A model generated the notes under the pieces. That model worked only from the letters and a program-made list of their open reading frames with translations. It was not told the DNA's origin and searched no databases. Shown here one piece after another: positions 23,220-37,084 of a DNA stretch of 64,000 bases; position 1 is the stretch's first letter; each line of letters opens with the position of its first letter. The DNA comes from an uncultured Acidobacteriaceae bacterium. GTDB lineage: Bacteria > Acidobacteriota > Terriglobia > Terriglobales > Acidobacteriaceae. Made by a program: the position numbers and the translations under genes. The stretch spans positions 162,181 through 226,180 of the forward strand of contig CAVSOV010000014.1 in the NCBI GenBank assembly GCA_963729675.1. The letters run 5' to 3'.

Positions 23220-23435
23220 CTAACGGTGCAGCTTCGAGAGCAGATAGAGGACTGCTGACAGCAGCACGCTGAGCACGATGCAGGTGCCGAGCGGAATCCA
23301 CACCTGCACGTTGCGTCCGCGATAAGCGAAGTCGCCGGGCAGTCTTCCCAGTCCGAGTCCTGCGCGCTCCAACCCGAGCACCACAATTCCGGCGATTACC
23401 AGTGCGATGCCCAACACTATCAGCAGCCGGCCCAT
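23220..23435 (-). CDS. DUF2905 family small membrane protein
   Basis: 'GRLPGDF...WIPLGTCIVLSVLLS'. Confidence 0.85.
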   Translation of the reverse strand: MGRLLIVLGIALVIAGIVVLGLERAGLGLGRLPGDFAYRGRNVQVWIPLGTCIVLSVLLSAVLYLLSKLHR

Positions 23436-23668
23436 AACAATCTCCCGTTCTCATTAGACTCCCGCGGGCACCTGCAGCCACAAACAGTATTGCCGTTAGG
23501 TGGCCATCGGGTCTACGATAAGGCTCCCTCCTCGAATTCGGGCCCGAAGCAAGGTCCCCACTGTTGCAAGAGCCGGCCAGCGAGAGAGGTCCGCTCAGAA
23601 TCGGGGTTCATCATGGGCCCGCATCTTCCGTCATCTCATTTGCACCCAGGCCCCGAGGATGTGCCTCG

Positions 23669-25640
23669 CGTGGCAAGTGTTGTGTTCAAATTCGTGATCT
23701 CGTTGCTGGTGCTTTCAAGCACCATTTGTGCTGCGGGTCAGGATATTCCAATCGGCGTGACTTACGTTTGCAGCGGCGAGCATCTCTTCGTCGAGAACTG
23801 CAACATTCGCGACACGTCCGACACCTCGAAGTGCATGGTCGGCCATCCCGACACGGTCCTGCCGAACGGTTTGATGAAGTACACGTATGAGACCCGCGGC
23901 GATCTGAAGAAGCTGCTGCCCACGTGCAAGCAGCCAAGCGCGCAGCAGATGGCCGCAGCGAAGGCGTTTCAGGATAAGCAGCAGGCGGCTTACAACGCGA
24001 ATGTAGCGAAGGCGAATCAGCAGATGGCGGCAATCGAGCAGCAGCAGACTGCGGCCTACAGTGGACAGCCGCAGAAGCCGAAATCTGCCGATGAGCGCGC
24101 GATGAACCGCTGCATCACCTCCGGTCGATTGCCTGCCTCCTGCACCGGCAACGCACTGCTGGGCGGCTTCACCTCCATGTTGGGACAGGCCACACAGATG
24201 CTCGGCGTCGCGCCCGCGGAGAGCAAACCGCAGTCCGGTCCCACCATGGCCGGTGTCTTCGTCGGGGCAGGCAACTGGCGACTGGACTTCATCGACGGCG
24301 GTGTGCTGGTCAACTGTTCCTTCCTCTCTCCAAATCAGGAGAGCTACAAGTTGGAGTTCAGCAATAATCACGCATCATTGATCGTTGAGACCAAGCCGAA
24401 GCCTCTCGTCCTTACGCTGCACGCTGACGGAACCGTTACCGGCCCTGGTCCTGTAACGATCGACGGAGTGGTGGCCACGGGGATGGCCGGCGGTGGATCG
24501 ACGCCAGGCCACACCGAAACCCAAACGACCACGAACACGCAGCGTATCAATGCGAACCAGGCCCCCGCGTATTCCGGCGACCAACTTACTAACACCGGCG
24601 GCGGAACCTATGACGCCACGCATACGACGACCACGAGCACGTACGTTCCCGGCACATCCACTCCGTCTTATGCCACCTTCTCACCGCGCCGCGCGACCTG
24701 CCCCGCGTTGAACCTATCCACTAAAGGCGCAAGCGTCGGCATCCAGACGATGCAGACGGACATGTTGAAGACGATGTTTGGCGGCGACAAGGGACCACCG
24801 ACGCCGCCGGGAATCCGCATGCAGGGTATCTTTGCCGCGTCAACCGGCTTCAGTGTGCAGTTCTTTCCGGAGTCGGCGGTGCTGGGGTGTGGTCCGGACG
24901 CTGCGCGCGCGTATCCGTATACGGTGACAGCGGGGGCAAATGGTGCGGTTATTAAGATCGATGCGCCGGATCATCCTCTGACTCTTTCGTTACGGCACGA
25001 TGGCATGCTCGATCCCGGTGCGACGGGACCGTACCAGGTTCACGGCCGCGTCATCACGGGCCAGAACAACAATGATGACTTCACGTTTGCGCCGATGGAG
25101 CAGAGTTGCGAGCTCGCGGCGCTGACGCCGAGTGCGACGATACCGTCGAGCGGAGGGACCGCGGGTGCAACAGTGCGCACCGCTGCAGCAGATCCGGCGA
25201 CTCTTTCCACTCCGAAGAACGTGCTGGGCAATGCGACGCTGTCGATTGCGTCGGGATTCCCGACGCAGCCTGGCGCGCCGAATCCGCTGGCATCGCACCC
25301 GTATACGCTGCTGCGCGACAGCATTCCGAATCTTGTGGCGAAAGCCGGTGTAGCGATTCCTGCGGGATCGAGTGCGTACAAGGTGTTTGGAGTCGCGTGT
25401 GGAACACACAGTCCTGATTGTCAGAAGATCCTCGATGCGATCAGGGCGAGTGCTGCGTCCGCGGTTCGCGCTGATGCAAACGGCACAGGCACGTTTCCTG
25501 CTGTTCCTCCGGGAACGTATTACCTGATGATCTCGACGCGCTACAACAACCAGGCACTGATGTGGGATCATCCGGTGCAGTTGAAGGCGGGGCAGAACTC
25601 GCTGACGCTGAGTCCGCAGAACGCGACGCCGATGAATTGA
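23669..25640 (+). CDS. Secreted hypothetical protein with a duplicated internal domain
   Basis: Signal peptide, Cys pairs, two related segments ('..GVFVGAGNWRLDF..' and '..GIFAASTGFSVQF..'); start uncertain. Confidence 0.6.
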
Positions 25641-25642
25641 GG

Positions 25643-26546
25643 CTACTGTTCCGTCGGACTCGGGTGGGGCCCGGTGAAGTCGGAACAGCAGGGCTTCATG
25701 ACGGGTTTGAACTCCATGTACTCGACACGGGTCTGGTCGGGGTCGAAGAGGTTGAGCTGAATCTTGCCGTCCTTTCCGGCCTGGATGGCGATGCACTGTT
25801 TCTCTTCGCAGCCGTTGGCTTGCAGGTCGTGCAGGACGATTTGCATGCGCTCGACGCCGAGTGAGAAGTGATCGCTCATGCCGAAGTCGTGCTTATCCGG
25901 TTTCTGGTTCGGCATCATCATGTACTCGATCCAGTCGGTGCCGTCGGGGACCTGCATGCTGATCCAGTCGACGTTGGGCGGATGCATGGTGCCGTACCAG
26001 TAGGGACGGAAGCCGAGGATGTCTTTCCAGAAGGCGTCTTCCTTCGCGCGGTCGTGCGCGATGAAGCCGACGTGGATGATGTGGTGGCTGGGCGCGCGTG
26101 GGGAGAGTGGGGTGTCGCGGGCGAGAACGGCCTCTTTGAGGGGTGAGTCCTTCTGGACGAAGATGACGAGGTTGCCTTCAGGATCGTGGACTTCGACGAG
26201 GCCTTCGTCGGGGGATTCGACGTCTTTGAGGCCTTTGGCGATGAGGTAGCGCTTCATTGCGTCGACGTCGCTGACGGTGAAGCCGACGGATGCCATGTAG
26301 GATTGGCCGTCGCGGAGCTTCGAGGGCACGACCTCGATCCATTGATGTTGATTAATCGGGAAGACCATCTCCTCGCCGTTATGCTTCTCGTCGTAGCCCA
26401 TGGTTGGGCCGTAGAAGTGCTCGGCGGCGGGGACATCGTCGGTGTAGACGCGCATGAAGGCGATGCCGGTGATGGCGGGGCGCTGTTGGGCGAAGAGAGT
26501 GGTGGTCGAGAGAGCTGACGGCTGCGAGAAGAGCGGCGAATCTCAT
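25643..26546 (-). CDS. VOC/glyoxalase family protein with signal peptide, frameshift near N-terminus
   Basis: Two VOC repeats ('HDPEGNLVIF', 'IHVGF', 'LFDPDQTRVEYME'); signal 'MRFAALLAAV' in another frame at 26546. Confidence 0.75.
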
Positions 26547-26578
26547 GCGCGAAACTGTAGCGGGTTGAATTCGCAGGG

Positions 26579-27372
26579 TCAAAGGATGGAATTCGGAGAC
26601 GGCAGAAGCCGCATTGAAGATGAGGCTGACAGCCTGTGTCTCCAGGATCGCCTTCGATGCTGACAATGCGTGCCGCAGTGCGCTGATCGAAGATCAGGAT
26701 TGTCCAACGCGTAATCAACTCTAGTTGCGGGCATCAATGGCTCGCCTGATGATGTCGGATTCCGATAAGAAGGTCCGCATTTGTCATCGCCTTGAGCGAT
26801 AGCTTCACTGGAGGACTTGCCGGATTCTTCATCGAGAGTCTGCTGTACTATGCTCTGCTCAAACCTCTCTCCGACGCATCGCAGATACGAAGAAGCGGTC
26901 ATTTCCTTCATGGCGAACCAGAGATGGCTTTCGGCTGCCAGTTTGTAGCCTCTAGTAAGATGACGAATCCCATCCCCATCGACTCTGGCAATGCCTGTCA
27001 AAGTTTTGACAGGCGCGACAGACGCTTCGTAATCCCGCAGCAGTATTGGAGCGCTATCTAGTTCGGATATGCGGAAGCATGCGTCAGAATCGATTCTTTG
27101 ATTCCACTCCACCAAACTGCGGATTCAAGGTGAAGTATGGGAACTTCTCCGAGATCTGTGCGTAATCGACTCGTCAAGTTTGATCCAGGCAACTGCGCGA
27201 TGCATCGTCCTCTGAAGTCCTTGCGGTACTTCTTCGACATAGTACGCTCGAAGCTCTCAAAACACACGAGATTCATCAGCGAATCTGATCTCATCCGCAA
27301 TTGCTGCTTCAGATCGGATCGATCGGAGACTTCGGAGCGGACGAACGAGCGAAAGGTTTTCGTCGTTGTCAT
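26579..27372 (-). other. Lower-GC orphan ORF(s), possible remnant
   Basis: ORFs 27058..27390 and 26579..27115 can be joined by one shift; no recognisable motif; atypical codon usage. Confidence 0.25.
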
Positions 27373-27579
27373 GCGATTGCCGTTTCCCAAGCCAATTCCG
27401 CCGAGACCACCTCATGATGAAGCTGTCGAAGGTTTCATAGCGCTGAATCGAGCAGCGCTAGGTTGATGTAGCCGAAACCAGTCCCGATCATGCGGATGCA
27501 ATTTGAGCCCCGCAGAGTGCGGATCAAATTCGGACCAGAAGACTTCAGCAGTTCAGTTTGGCATTGCACCTAAGATAAC

Positions 27580-27609
27580 ACAAAGGCCGCCCGGGTGGGC
27601 GGCCTTTGT
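27580..27609. terminator. Hairpin terminator downstream of the radical SAM gene
   Basis: ACAAAGGCCGCCC-GGGT-GGGCGGCCTTTGT perfect 13-bp stem. Confidence 0.8.
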
Positions 27610-27648
27610 TGTTGTGGCTTTGCGCCGAAGGCGCGTCTACCTGGACGG

Positions 27649-29745
<2,097 letters not shown>

Positions 29746-30024
29746 TTTCCTTTGTCTCTCCTAAGAAGAGTTCACTGCGAGCCGCGCCCGCCTCACTCGT
29801 ATCGGTCCAGCCTACAGGGGTAAGTTCTGGCCCGAGAAGTACATCCGAGGGCTCACAAAGAGCCCCCCACGTGGTTGAGGCTATCGCCTCGGGGACTGAA
29901 AGTCGCTGATTTCGCAGCGAACGGGGAATCTGTGCAGCGAACGGTAACGTGACGAGTTTTGACAGCGTGGGGATTTTTAGCCAGCAATAGATACTGAAAA
30001 CGCATTCGCAATGTAGGAGAGGCT

Positions 30025-32530
30025 TTATTGGCGCAGTTCGACGATGGTCGCGCCCTGGCCGCCTTCGTTGTAGGGCGGCTCGGTGACGGAGACGACGTGC
30101 GGGTGCTTGCGCAGGAAGTCTCGGAGGGTGCGGCGGAGCACGCCCATGCCGACGCCGTGTACGACGCGGATGCGCGGGAGGCCGGCGAGGAAGGCGCGCT
30201 CGACGAAGCGCTCGACTTCGGCCTCGGCTTCGTCGGCGGTGCGGCCGATGACGTTGATCTCAGAGCTGAGGGTGTCGTCGTCGCCGTAACTGGTGGAGAG
30301 GGTGATGCCGCCGCGACGGCGGATGCTCTCGGCAGGGGGTTCGCGCACGGGTGTGATTTCGGCGATGTCGGAGCGAGGAACGCGGGTCTTTATGGTGCCG
30401 AAGCTGACCTCGAGTGAGTTGGCGTCGATGAGGCGGACGATGCGGCCCTCGCGATTGAGGGAGCGAAGACGGACCAGGTCGCCGACGTGGGGTTCGTTAG
30501 TGCGAGCGGACTTGGCTGTTTGTTGCTTTGAGTCAGCGGCTTCGGCGGTGTGCTCGGCGACGGTGGTCTGGAACTGCTCGGAGAACTCGCGGCGCAGGCG
30601 GGCGACGCGGAGTGCGGAGTCGCGCGCGATCTTCTGTGCGATCTTTTTGTCGTCGATGTCTTTGACCGTGTCGCGAAGCTGCGACTCGAAGTCGCGGAGG
30701 AGTGATTCGAGTTTGCGTTCGAGCTCACGAGTGCGTGCCTGCTGTTCGGCGCGGCCTTCCTGCTGAAGGCGCTGGCGCTCGGCGTTCAGTTTGCGCTCGG
30801 TGGCTGCAAGCTCTGCGCGCTCGGTCGTGGCGGCGGTGAGCTGCGCGTGGAGTTCGTCGAGGAAGCGGCTGATGTCGGCCTGTTGCGTTGTGAGCTGCGA
30901 GCGCGCGTTGGTTACGATGGCGGGGTCGAGGCCGAGGCGCGAGGCGATGTTGATGCCGGCGGAAGCACCTGGGACGCCAAGGCGGAGTTCGTAGGTGGGA
31001 GTGAGGGTTGTCTCGTCGAAGCCGACAGCGGCGTTGAGCACGCCTGGTAGGCGCGCGGCGTAGACCTTGAGCGCGGTGAGATGCGTGGTGATGATGCTCA
31101 GGACTCGGGCGTCGAGGAAGTGCTGTGCGACCGCGACCGCGAGCGCCGCGCCTTCGTCGGGGTCGGTCGCGGAGCCGAGCTCGTCGATGAGGACAAGGGA
31201 GCGTTCATTGGCACGCTCGACGATGCGGTCGAGGTTGCGGATGTGCGCGGAGAAGGTGGAGAGGTTCTGCTCGATGGACTGCGCGTCGCCGATGTCGGTG
31301 AAGATGCCGGTGAAGATGGGCAGGCGAGCGGACTCGGCCGGGATGGGAACGCCGGCCTGGGCCATGACGGACAACAGGCCGACAGTCTTGAGCGCGACGG
31401 ATTTGCCGCCGGTGTTGGGGCCGCTGATGATCATCTGGCGCTGGCCCGTCGGGGAGCGCGACGGTCATGGGGACGATGCGCCCGGCCTCTGCACGCATAC
31501 GCAGTTCGAGTAATGGATGGCGGGCGGCGACGACCTCGAATTCGGTGTTCGTTGTGTAAGTCTCTTCAATGTCCTGTGCGTTTGCGTCGGACGCGTTAAT
31601 GAAGACCGGACGGACGCATTCGAGCTCCTGCGCGAAGATGGCGATGGACTGGTGTGCGTCGAGCTCGGAGAGGATTTCGGCGCCAAGCGCGAGCGGGGTT
31701 GCATGAACGGCCACAGTGCGCGTCATCGCAACGAGGATGCGGTGGATTTCGGCCTGTTCGTCGTCGAGCAGGCGCGCGAGTTCGTTGTTCTGCTCGACCG
31801 TCTCCATGGGCTCGAGGTAGACGGTCTGGCCGCTGGAGCTGGAGCCGTGAAGGATGCCGCGGACCTTGCGCTTGAACTCGGCCTTGACGGGGATGACGAA
31901 GCGCTCGCCGCGCACGGTGATGAGGTCGCCTTGCGTTTCCCCGCCTTCGCTGAGCTGTGCGAGCGTCTTGCGGAGGCTTTCCTCGATGATGCGGTGCTGG
32001 CGCGCGAGGGCGCGGCGGATGCGTGCGAGCTCGGGGCTGGCGTCGTCGGCGAGGGAACCGTCGGGCTCGATCTTGCCGCGGAGAGCGCGCAGCAGGTTGC
32101 CGAGGTCGTGCTCGATCAGCGGAGCAGAGAGTGTCTCGACTGCCGGCCAGTTGTTTTTTAGCTCGTCGGGCGGCTTGGCGATGAGCTGACGCCAGGCATC
32201 GACGCGCTCGGCGTGGGCGAGCAGCGAGAGGAGTTCCGCCGGTTCGAGTGCGGAGCCTTCGATTCGTGCCTGATCGAGCAGATCGGCTGGGTCGAGCAGG
32301 CCGCGGAAGTCGAAGGCTGCGCCGATCGAGACAAGCCGGCGCATCTCGGCGGTGCGCTGTTGCTGCTGGCCGATCCATTCCGCGTCGGCGCTGGGTTCGA
32401 GTGCCAGCACCCGGTCCCGGCCGAGCTGGGAGCGTGCGCCGGCGGCCAGGCGCTCGCGCAGGCGTTCCCACTCAAGCGCAGCACCTCCGCGCTCGGTTAG
32501 CAAGCCGGGAATGTTCGGGTTGTCGGCCAC
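30025..32530 (-). CDS. mutS2: Endonuclease MutS2, frameshift ~31450
   Basis: 'GSSSSGQTVYLEP', 'ARHPLL', Walker A 'SGPNTGGKS', 'LSTFSAH', 'DELGSATDP', C-terminal Smr 'VVHGVGMG..GGQGATIVEL'. Confidence 0.93.
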
Positions 32531-32665
32531 AGAGCTATTAAAGCCGATTGTGGCGTACCGCGTAGAGCCGATTGTGCCGCGTCCCGCCGCGAGGGGCTGA
32601 AATACCCCGTTTGGAGGAACCGAGGACGCTCCCCGGCAGTGGTCTGGCGGCGTCTCATTGATAAG

Positions 32666-33742
32666 ATGTGGACTGTGACGATCCCCGCCCGGCTCGTCCC
32701 GCTGGGTCGCGCTATGACGATCACGGGACTCGGCCTTCTCCTTATACCTTTCGGCCGTCTGCATGCGCAGGCGGCAGCACCCGCGCTTCCTCCGGCGACC
32801 ACGAATCAGCCCTCGCAGAGTTCTTCTCCGGCACAGACGCCAGCTCAGACGGGATCGCAGAATCAGCCCGGTCTGCTGCCACGCGACGAACCGCCCTCAA
32901 CGACCGAAACGCTAAAGATCTTCTCACGCGAAGTCGACCTCATCTTCACGGTTACGGATCACCGCGGACATTTCGTTACGGGCCTTGCGCAGCAGGATTT
33001 TGGCCTTCTGGATGACGGCCGTCCGCCGTCACACGTCGTCAGCTTCAAACAGCAGACGAACCTGCCGCTGCGTGTGGGCATTATGCTCGACACGTCGACG
33101 TCGATCCGCCAGCGGTTTCAGTTTGAGCAGCAGGCGGCCACGGACTTCCTGTTGCAGGTGCTTCGTCCGGAGGACCGCGCCTTTGTTGAGGGCTTCGACG
33201 TCCAGACGGAACTTACGCAGGACTTTACGAATCGCGTGGACCTGCTGGACACCGGCATTCGCAAGCTGCGGCCGGGCGGCGGCACGGCTCTGTTCGACTC
33301 GCTGTACAAGACGTGCCGCGATCAGATGCTGACGCTGCAGCAGACCAACTCCGTGCGCAAGGCGATTGTGCTGGTCTCTGACGGCGACGATGACTACAGC
33401 CGCGCGTATGAGTCGGACGCGATCAAGATGTGCCAGCGTGCGGAGACGATTGTTTACACCATCAGCACGAACTACGGGCCCAGCAAGGATAAGGGCGACG
33501 ACGTGCTGAAGGCGATCGCCGATGCGACCGGCGGCCAGGCGTTCTACCCCAATTCGGTGGAGCAGGTGGCGGTGGGATTCCACAGCATTGAGGAGGCGCT
33601 GCGCAGCCAGTACTCGTTGGTGTACGTGCCGGCGGACTTCAAGCAGGATGGCAGCTTCCGGACCATCTATCTGCAGGCAGTGACAGGGGCTTATAACGTG
33701 CGGGCGAAGAAAGGCTACTTTGCGCCCAGCGCTCCGCAGTAA
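32666..33742 (+). CDS. VWA-domain protein, acidobacterial type
   Basis: MIDAS 'LDTSTS', 'GGTALFD', 'LVSDGDD', 'ATGG', 'LRSQYSLVY'. Confidence 0.85.
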   Translation: MWTVTIPARLVPLGRAMTITGLGLLLIPFGRLHAQAAAPALPPATTNQPSQSSSPAQTPAQTGSQNQPGLLPRDEPPSTTETLKIFSREVDLIFTVTDHRGHFVTGLAQQDFGLLDDGRPPSHVVSFKQQTNLPLRVGIMLDTSTSIRQRFQFEQQAATDFLLQVLRPEDRAFVEGFDVQTELTQDFTNRVDLLDTGIRKLRPGGGTALFDSLYKTCRDQMLTLQQTNSVRKAIVLVSDGDDDYSRAYESDAIKMCQRAETIVYTISTNYGPSKDKGDDVLKAIADATGGQAFYPNSVEQVAVGFHSIEEALRSQYSLVYVPADFKQDGSFRTIYLQAVTGAYNVRAKKGYFAPSAPQ

Positions 33743-33804
33743 TCGTTATTTGGCGCCAGAACTTTCCGTGGCAAATCGCGTCTGAAGAGGAAGCGAGGAT
33801 CACG

Positions 33805-34365
33805 ATGAAAGTGCGTCGTTTTGCGCTGGCCATTGTTTGCGGTGCTCTGCTTGCCGGAGCGGGTTCGATCAAGGCACAGGGGTATTACGATCCGCCGGGC
33901 GTCGCCGATGCTCTTGGCGGCCTGTCGTCGCAGCGCGCGGCAGCTACAACGATCACGTTTGACCGCGAGATGCTCGACGCGATGCTGGGTGGCGACCGTG
34001 CAGCAGATTTCAATGGTGTGAGTTTCGAGCACTATCAGTACCCAGAGCCAGTCTTCTACATTCCCGAGGAGATGCACGCTCTGGAGCAGGCGTACCACGC
34101 GGCCGGATGGTCGCACCTGATTGATTCGAAGGTTGGCCCGCGGGAGTCTGCCTCGCCGACGAAGCCGATTGCGGACATCTGGTTTCACTGGCAGGGTGGA
34201 GAGATCGACCATGTAACGGTTCTGATTCGCGGACGAAAGGAGATGAACGTCGTTCATGTCTCCGGCATGCTGCGCCCAATGGATCTCGTGCACATCAGTG
34301 GGCACTTCGGGATTCCGAAGGTCGATCCTGGGGCTGTGATGGTTCCTGCGCCTCCGGGACGATAG
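33805..34365 (+). CDS. Secreted hypothetical protein (DUF4252-like)
   Basis: Signal peptide; C-terminal 'LVHISGHFGIP'. Confidence 0.55.
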   Translation: MKVRRFALAIVCGALLAGAGSIKAQGYYDPPGVADALGGLSSQRAAATTITFDREMLDAMLGGDRAADFNGVSFEHYQYPEPVFYIPEEMHALEQAYHAAGWSHLIDSKVGPRESASPTKPIADIWFHWQGGEIDHVTVLIRGRKEMNVVHVSGMLRPMDLVHISGHFGIPKVDPGAVMVPAPPGR

Positions 34366-34407
34366 GCGTAAAGCAACGCCCGGCGAGCGCGAACGTACAA
34401 TTGCCGG

Positions 34408-35557
34408 GTGCAGATACAGAGATTGATGGAGAAGGTACGCGATGCTGAACCGCGATTGCGGGCGCGGCTGCGCGAACTGGTGGAGATTGAGTCTCCGAGT
34501 GAGGATCGCGAAGCGGTGAACCGCGCGGCGGATCTGGCTGTCGATTGGGCGCGGGAGCTCGACGCCGAGGTTCGGCGGCATCCGGGCGGAGCGTTCGGCG
34601 ATGTCGTCGAGTTGAGATTCGGAGCGAGTGCGGAACCACAAGCCGGTGCTGGTGCTCGGACATCTGGACACGGTGTATCCGATGGGAACCCTCGCGACGA
34701 TGCCGTGGCGCGAAGTGGAGTCCGAGGACGGCATACGGCTGATGGGGCCGGGCGTTGTGGACATGAAGGCCGGTGTGGTGATGGCGCTGGAGGCAATCGC
34801 CGCGCTGCGAGAGTTGAATGCGCTGAACAGGTCGGTGACACTGCTGCTGAATCCGGATGAGGAAGTTGGCAGCGAAGTTTCTCGTCCGCACACGGAGCGG
34901 CTGGCACGCGAGTCGGAGGCGGTGTTTGTGCTGGAGCCAGCGCAGGGGCTCGCCTACAAGACGGCGCGCAAGGGTGTTGGGCACTTTGAGCTGATGGTCG
35001 ATGGTGTTGCGGCGCATGCGGGTGTGGATTTCGCGAGTGGGCATTCTGCGGTGCTGGAGATGGCGAGACTGGCGGAGGAGGTCTCGGGCTGGACGGACCT
35101 AAGCAAGGGACGCACAGTGAATGTCGGCGTGATTGCAGGCGGGACGCGATCGAATGTGATCGCGGCGCGGTGCAGGGCTGAGGTGGATGTGCGTGTGGTG
35201 ACGATGGACGACGCAGCGCGAGTGGAAGAGATGTTTCACAGCCTGCGGACGCGTGATGCGGTGTGCACCCTGCGCGTAGAGGGCGGAATCAATCGGCCAC
35301 CGATGGAGCGCGCTGCGGGGACGGTGAAGCTGTTTCAGCAGGCGCAGCGGCTCGCTGCGGAAATAGGGCTGGACTTGCAGGAGGCCGCGACCGGCGGAGG
35401 ATCAGACGGCAACTTTACGGCTGCGATTGGCGTGCCAACGCTCGATGGCATGGGTGCGGTGGGCGGTGGCGCGCATTCGCCGGGCGAGTATGTTGTCGCG
35501 GGGTATCTAGTCGAGCGGACTGCGCTGCTCGCGGGAATGCTTCAGTCGGGGCTGTAG
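34408..35557 (+). CDS. M20 family metallopeptidase (carboxypeptidase G2-like), frameshift ~34620
   Basis: 'LVEIESPS', 'LGHLDTV', 'GPGVVDMKAG', 'DEEVGS', 'GGGSDGN', 'GAHSPGE'. Confidence 0.88.
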
Positions 35558-36108
35558 CCGAGCTCTTTCAAAAGGCGCACCGTAGCAGCGAGCGGAAGGC
35601 CCATGACGTTGAAGTAGTCGCCATCGATGCGCGGAATCCACCGCGCAGCGTAGCCCTGGATGCCGTAAGCGCCGGCCTTGTCGTAGGGCTCGCCGCCGTC
35701 GAGATAATGCTGCAACTCGGCTTCGTCGATTGCGCTGAATGTAACGGAAGTTGTCTCGAGATGCGTGCGATGGCCGTGAGGGGAGAGCAGGGCGAGTCCT
35801 GTGTGCACATGATGTGTGCGGCCGGAAAGTGCACGCAGCATGCGTTCGGCATCGGCGCGATCTGCGGGCTTTTCGAGGGCATGGCCGTCGATCTCGACGG
35901 TCGTGTCGGCGCCGAGAACGAAAGCTCCGGGATGCAGCGCGTGAATTGTCTGCGCCTTTTCGAGCGCCAGCCGTTGCACGTAGGCAGTGGGCTCTTCCGA
36001 TGCGCGGCGCGTCTCGTCGATGTGTGCCGGGAGGACCTCGAAGGTGAGAGCGATCTGCGCGAGGAGTTCTCGGCGCCGGGGTGAGGAAGAGGCGAGAATC
36101 AGCCGCAT
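35542..36108 (-). CDS. maf: Maf-family nucleotide pyrophosphatase
   Basis: 'LILASSSPRRRELL', 'GADTTV', 'EKP', 'DKAGAYGIQG', 'NVMGLP'. Confidence 0.93.
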   Translation of the reverse strand: MRLILASSSPRRRELLAQIALTFEVLPAHIDETRRASEEPTAYVQRLALEKAQTIHALHPGAFVLGADTTVEIDGHALEKPADRADAERMLRALSGRTHHVHTGLALLSPHGHRTHLETTSVTFSAIDEAELQHYLDGGEPYDKAGAYGIQGYAARWIPRIDGDYFNVMGLPLAATVRLLKELGYSPD

Positions 36109-37022
36109 CAGCGCAGCGCCTCGACGGAGAAAGATGTTTCGAGCACATGCGCCTCCCGTGGCTGGAGGGTGATGGCGTTCTCGGCGGCGTTGGCGGATTC
36201 GATACACAGCATGTGGCGCCACCCGTCCTCGGGCATGTCGGCGAGACCTGCATTCGCCCACGGGTTCCATACAACCGTTGTGTTGGAGTTCCCCTTCGTG
36301 ACAGTGATGCGGCGATGCAGTATGGGGTCGTCGACGACGATGGGCGACGTGGTGTTGAGGTAGGGGCGATCGGTCGGCCCTGTGAGTGTGAGGACGGGCT
36401 CGGTCTGCGTCTTGCGCGCGAAGTGGTCGTTCTTGTCGAGGTATTCGGCTTCGAAGAGACCGTGGACGCTCGCCCGTTCTACGTCGCCGACGTGCAGATA
36501 GGTGTGCAGCGCCTCCTCGAAGTGCAACGGCTGGTTTCCATTATTGGCGACGGAAAGACGCAGGCGTAGCTCGCGGCCGAACGTGATCTGATAGGCGACG
36601 AGGAAGTTGTCGAAGCCGAGCGAACGGCTGAGTTCAGTGGGCTCGAGCGAGAGCGAAAGGTGCAATTCGTCCGCGGCGTAGGCACCGAAGTCGAGCTTCC
36701 ATGTTTGCGTGCGCGCGAAGCCGTGCGTGGGACCATCTGCGCGAGGGCTTTCGGGCGTTGCCGTGCGTGAGCCGAACCACGGGAAGATGATGGGGATGCC
36801 GCCGCGAATGGCTGTGCCGGGAACGAACGCGGACTTCTCCGAAAGAAAGAGCACCGGCTGCTGATCTGCCGGTTGCCAGGCAGTGACGTGTGCGCCCTGC
36901 AGGTAGAGCTCACCGGCGCAGGTCGGCGTGGTGACGCGTGCGCGGACGAGGTCGCCGTGTTCTTCGAAGAAGAGGATGCCCGGGATGGCGAAGGAGGCGT
37001 TGAGCTGATCGATGGTCTGCAT
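36108..37022 (-). CDS. D-hexose-6-phosphate mutarotase (aldose epimerase family)
   Basis: 'GAHVTAW', 'AIRGGIPIIFPWF', 'HGFAR', 'ALHTYL', 'VVWNPW', 'LCIE'. Confidence 0.9.
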   Translation of the reverse strand: MQTIDQLNASFAIPGILFFEEHGDLVRARVTTPTCAGELYLQGAHVTAWQPADQQPVLFLSEKSAFVPGTAIRGGIPIIFPWFGSRTATPESPRADGPTHGFARTQTWKLDFGAYAADELHLSLSLEPTELSRSLGFDNFLVAYQITFGRELRLRLSVANNGNQPLHFEEALHTYLHVGDVERASVHGLFEAEYLDKNDHFARKTQTEPVLTLTGPTDRPYLNTTSPIVVDDPILHRRITVTKGNSNTTVVWNPWANAGLADMPEDGWRHMLCIESANAAENAITLQPREAHVLETSFSVEALR

Positions 37023-37084
37023 GAGGAATGCGCGCGGAGAGCTCCTCATTGCATCTTAGGTCATCAGGCGACTGTGGAGATGCG

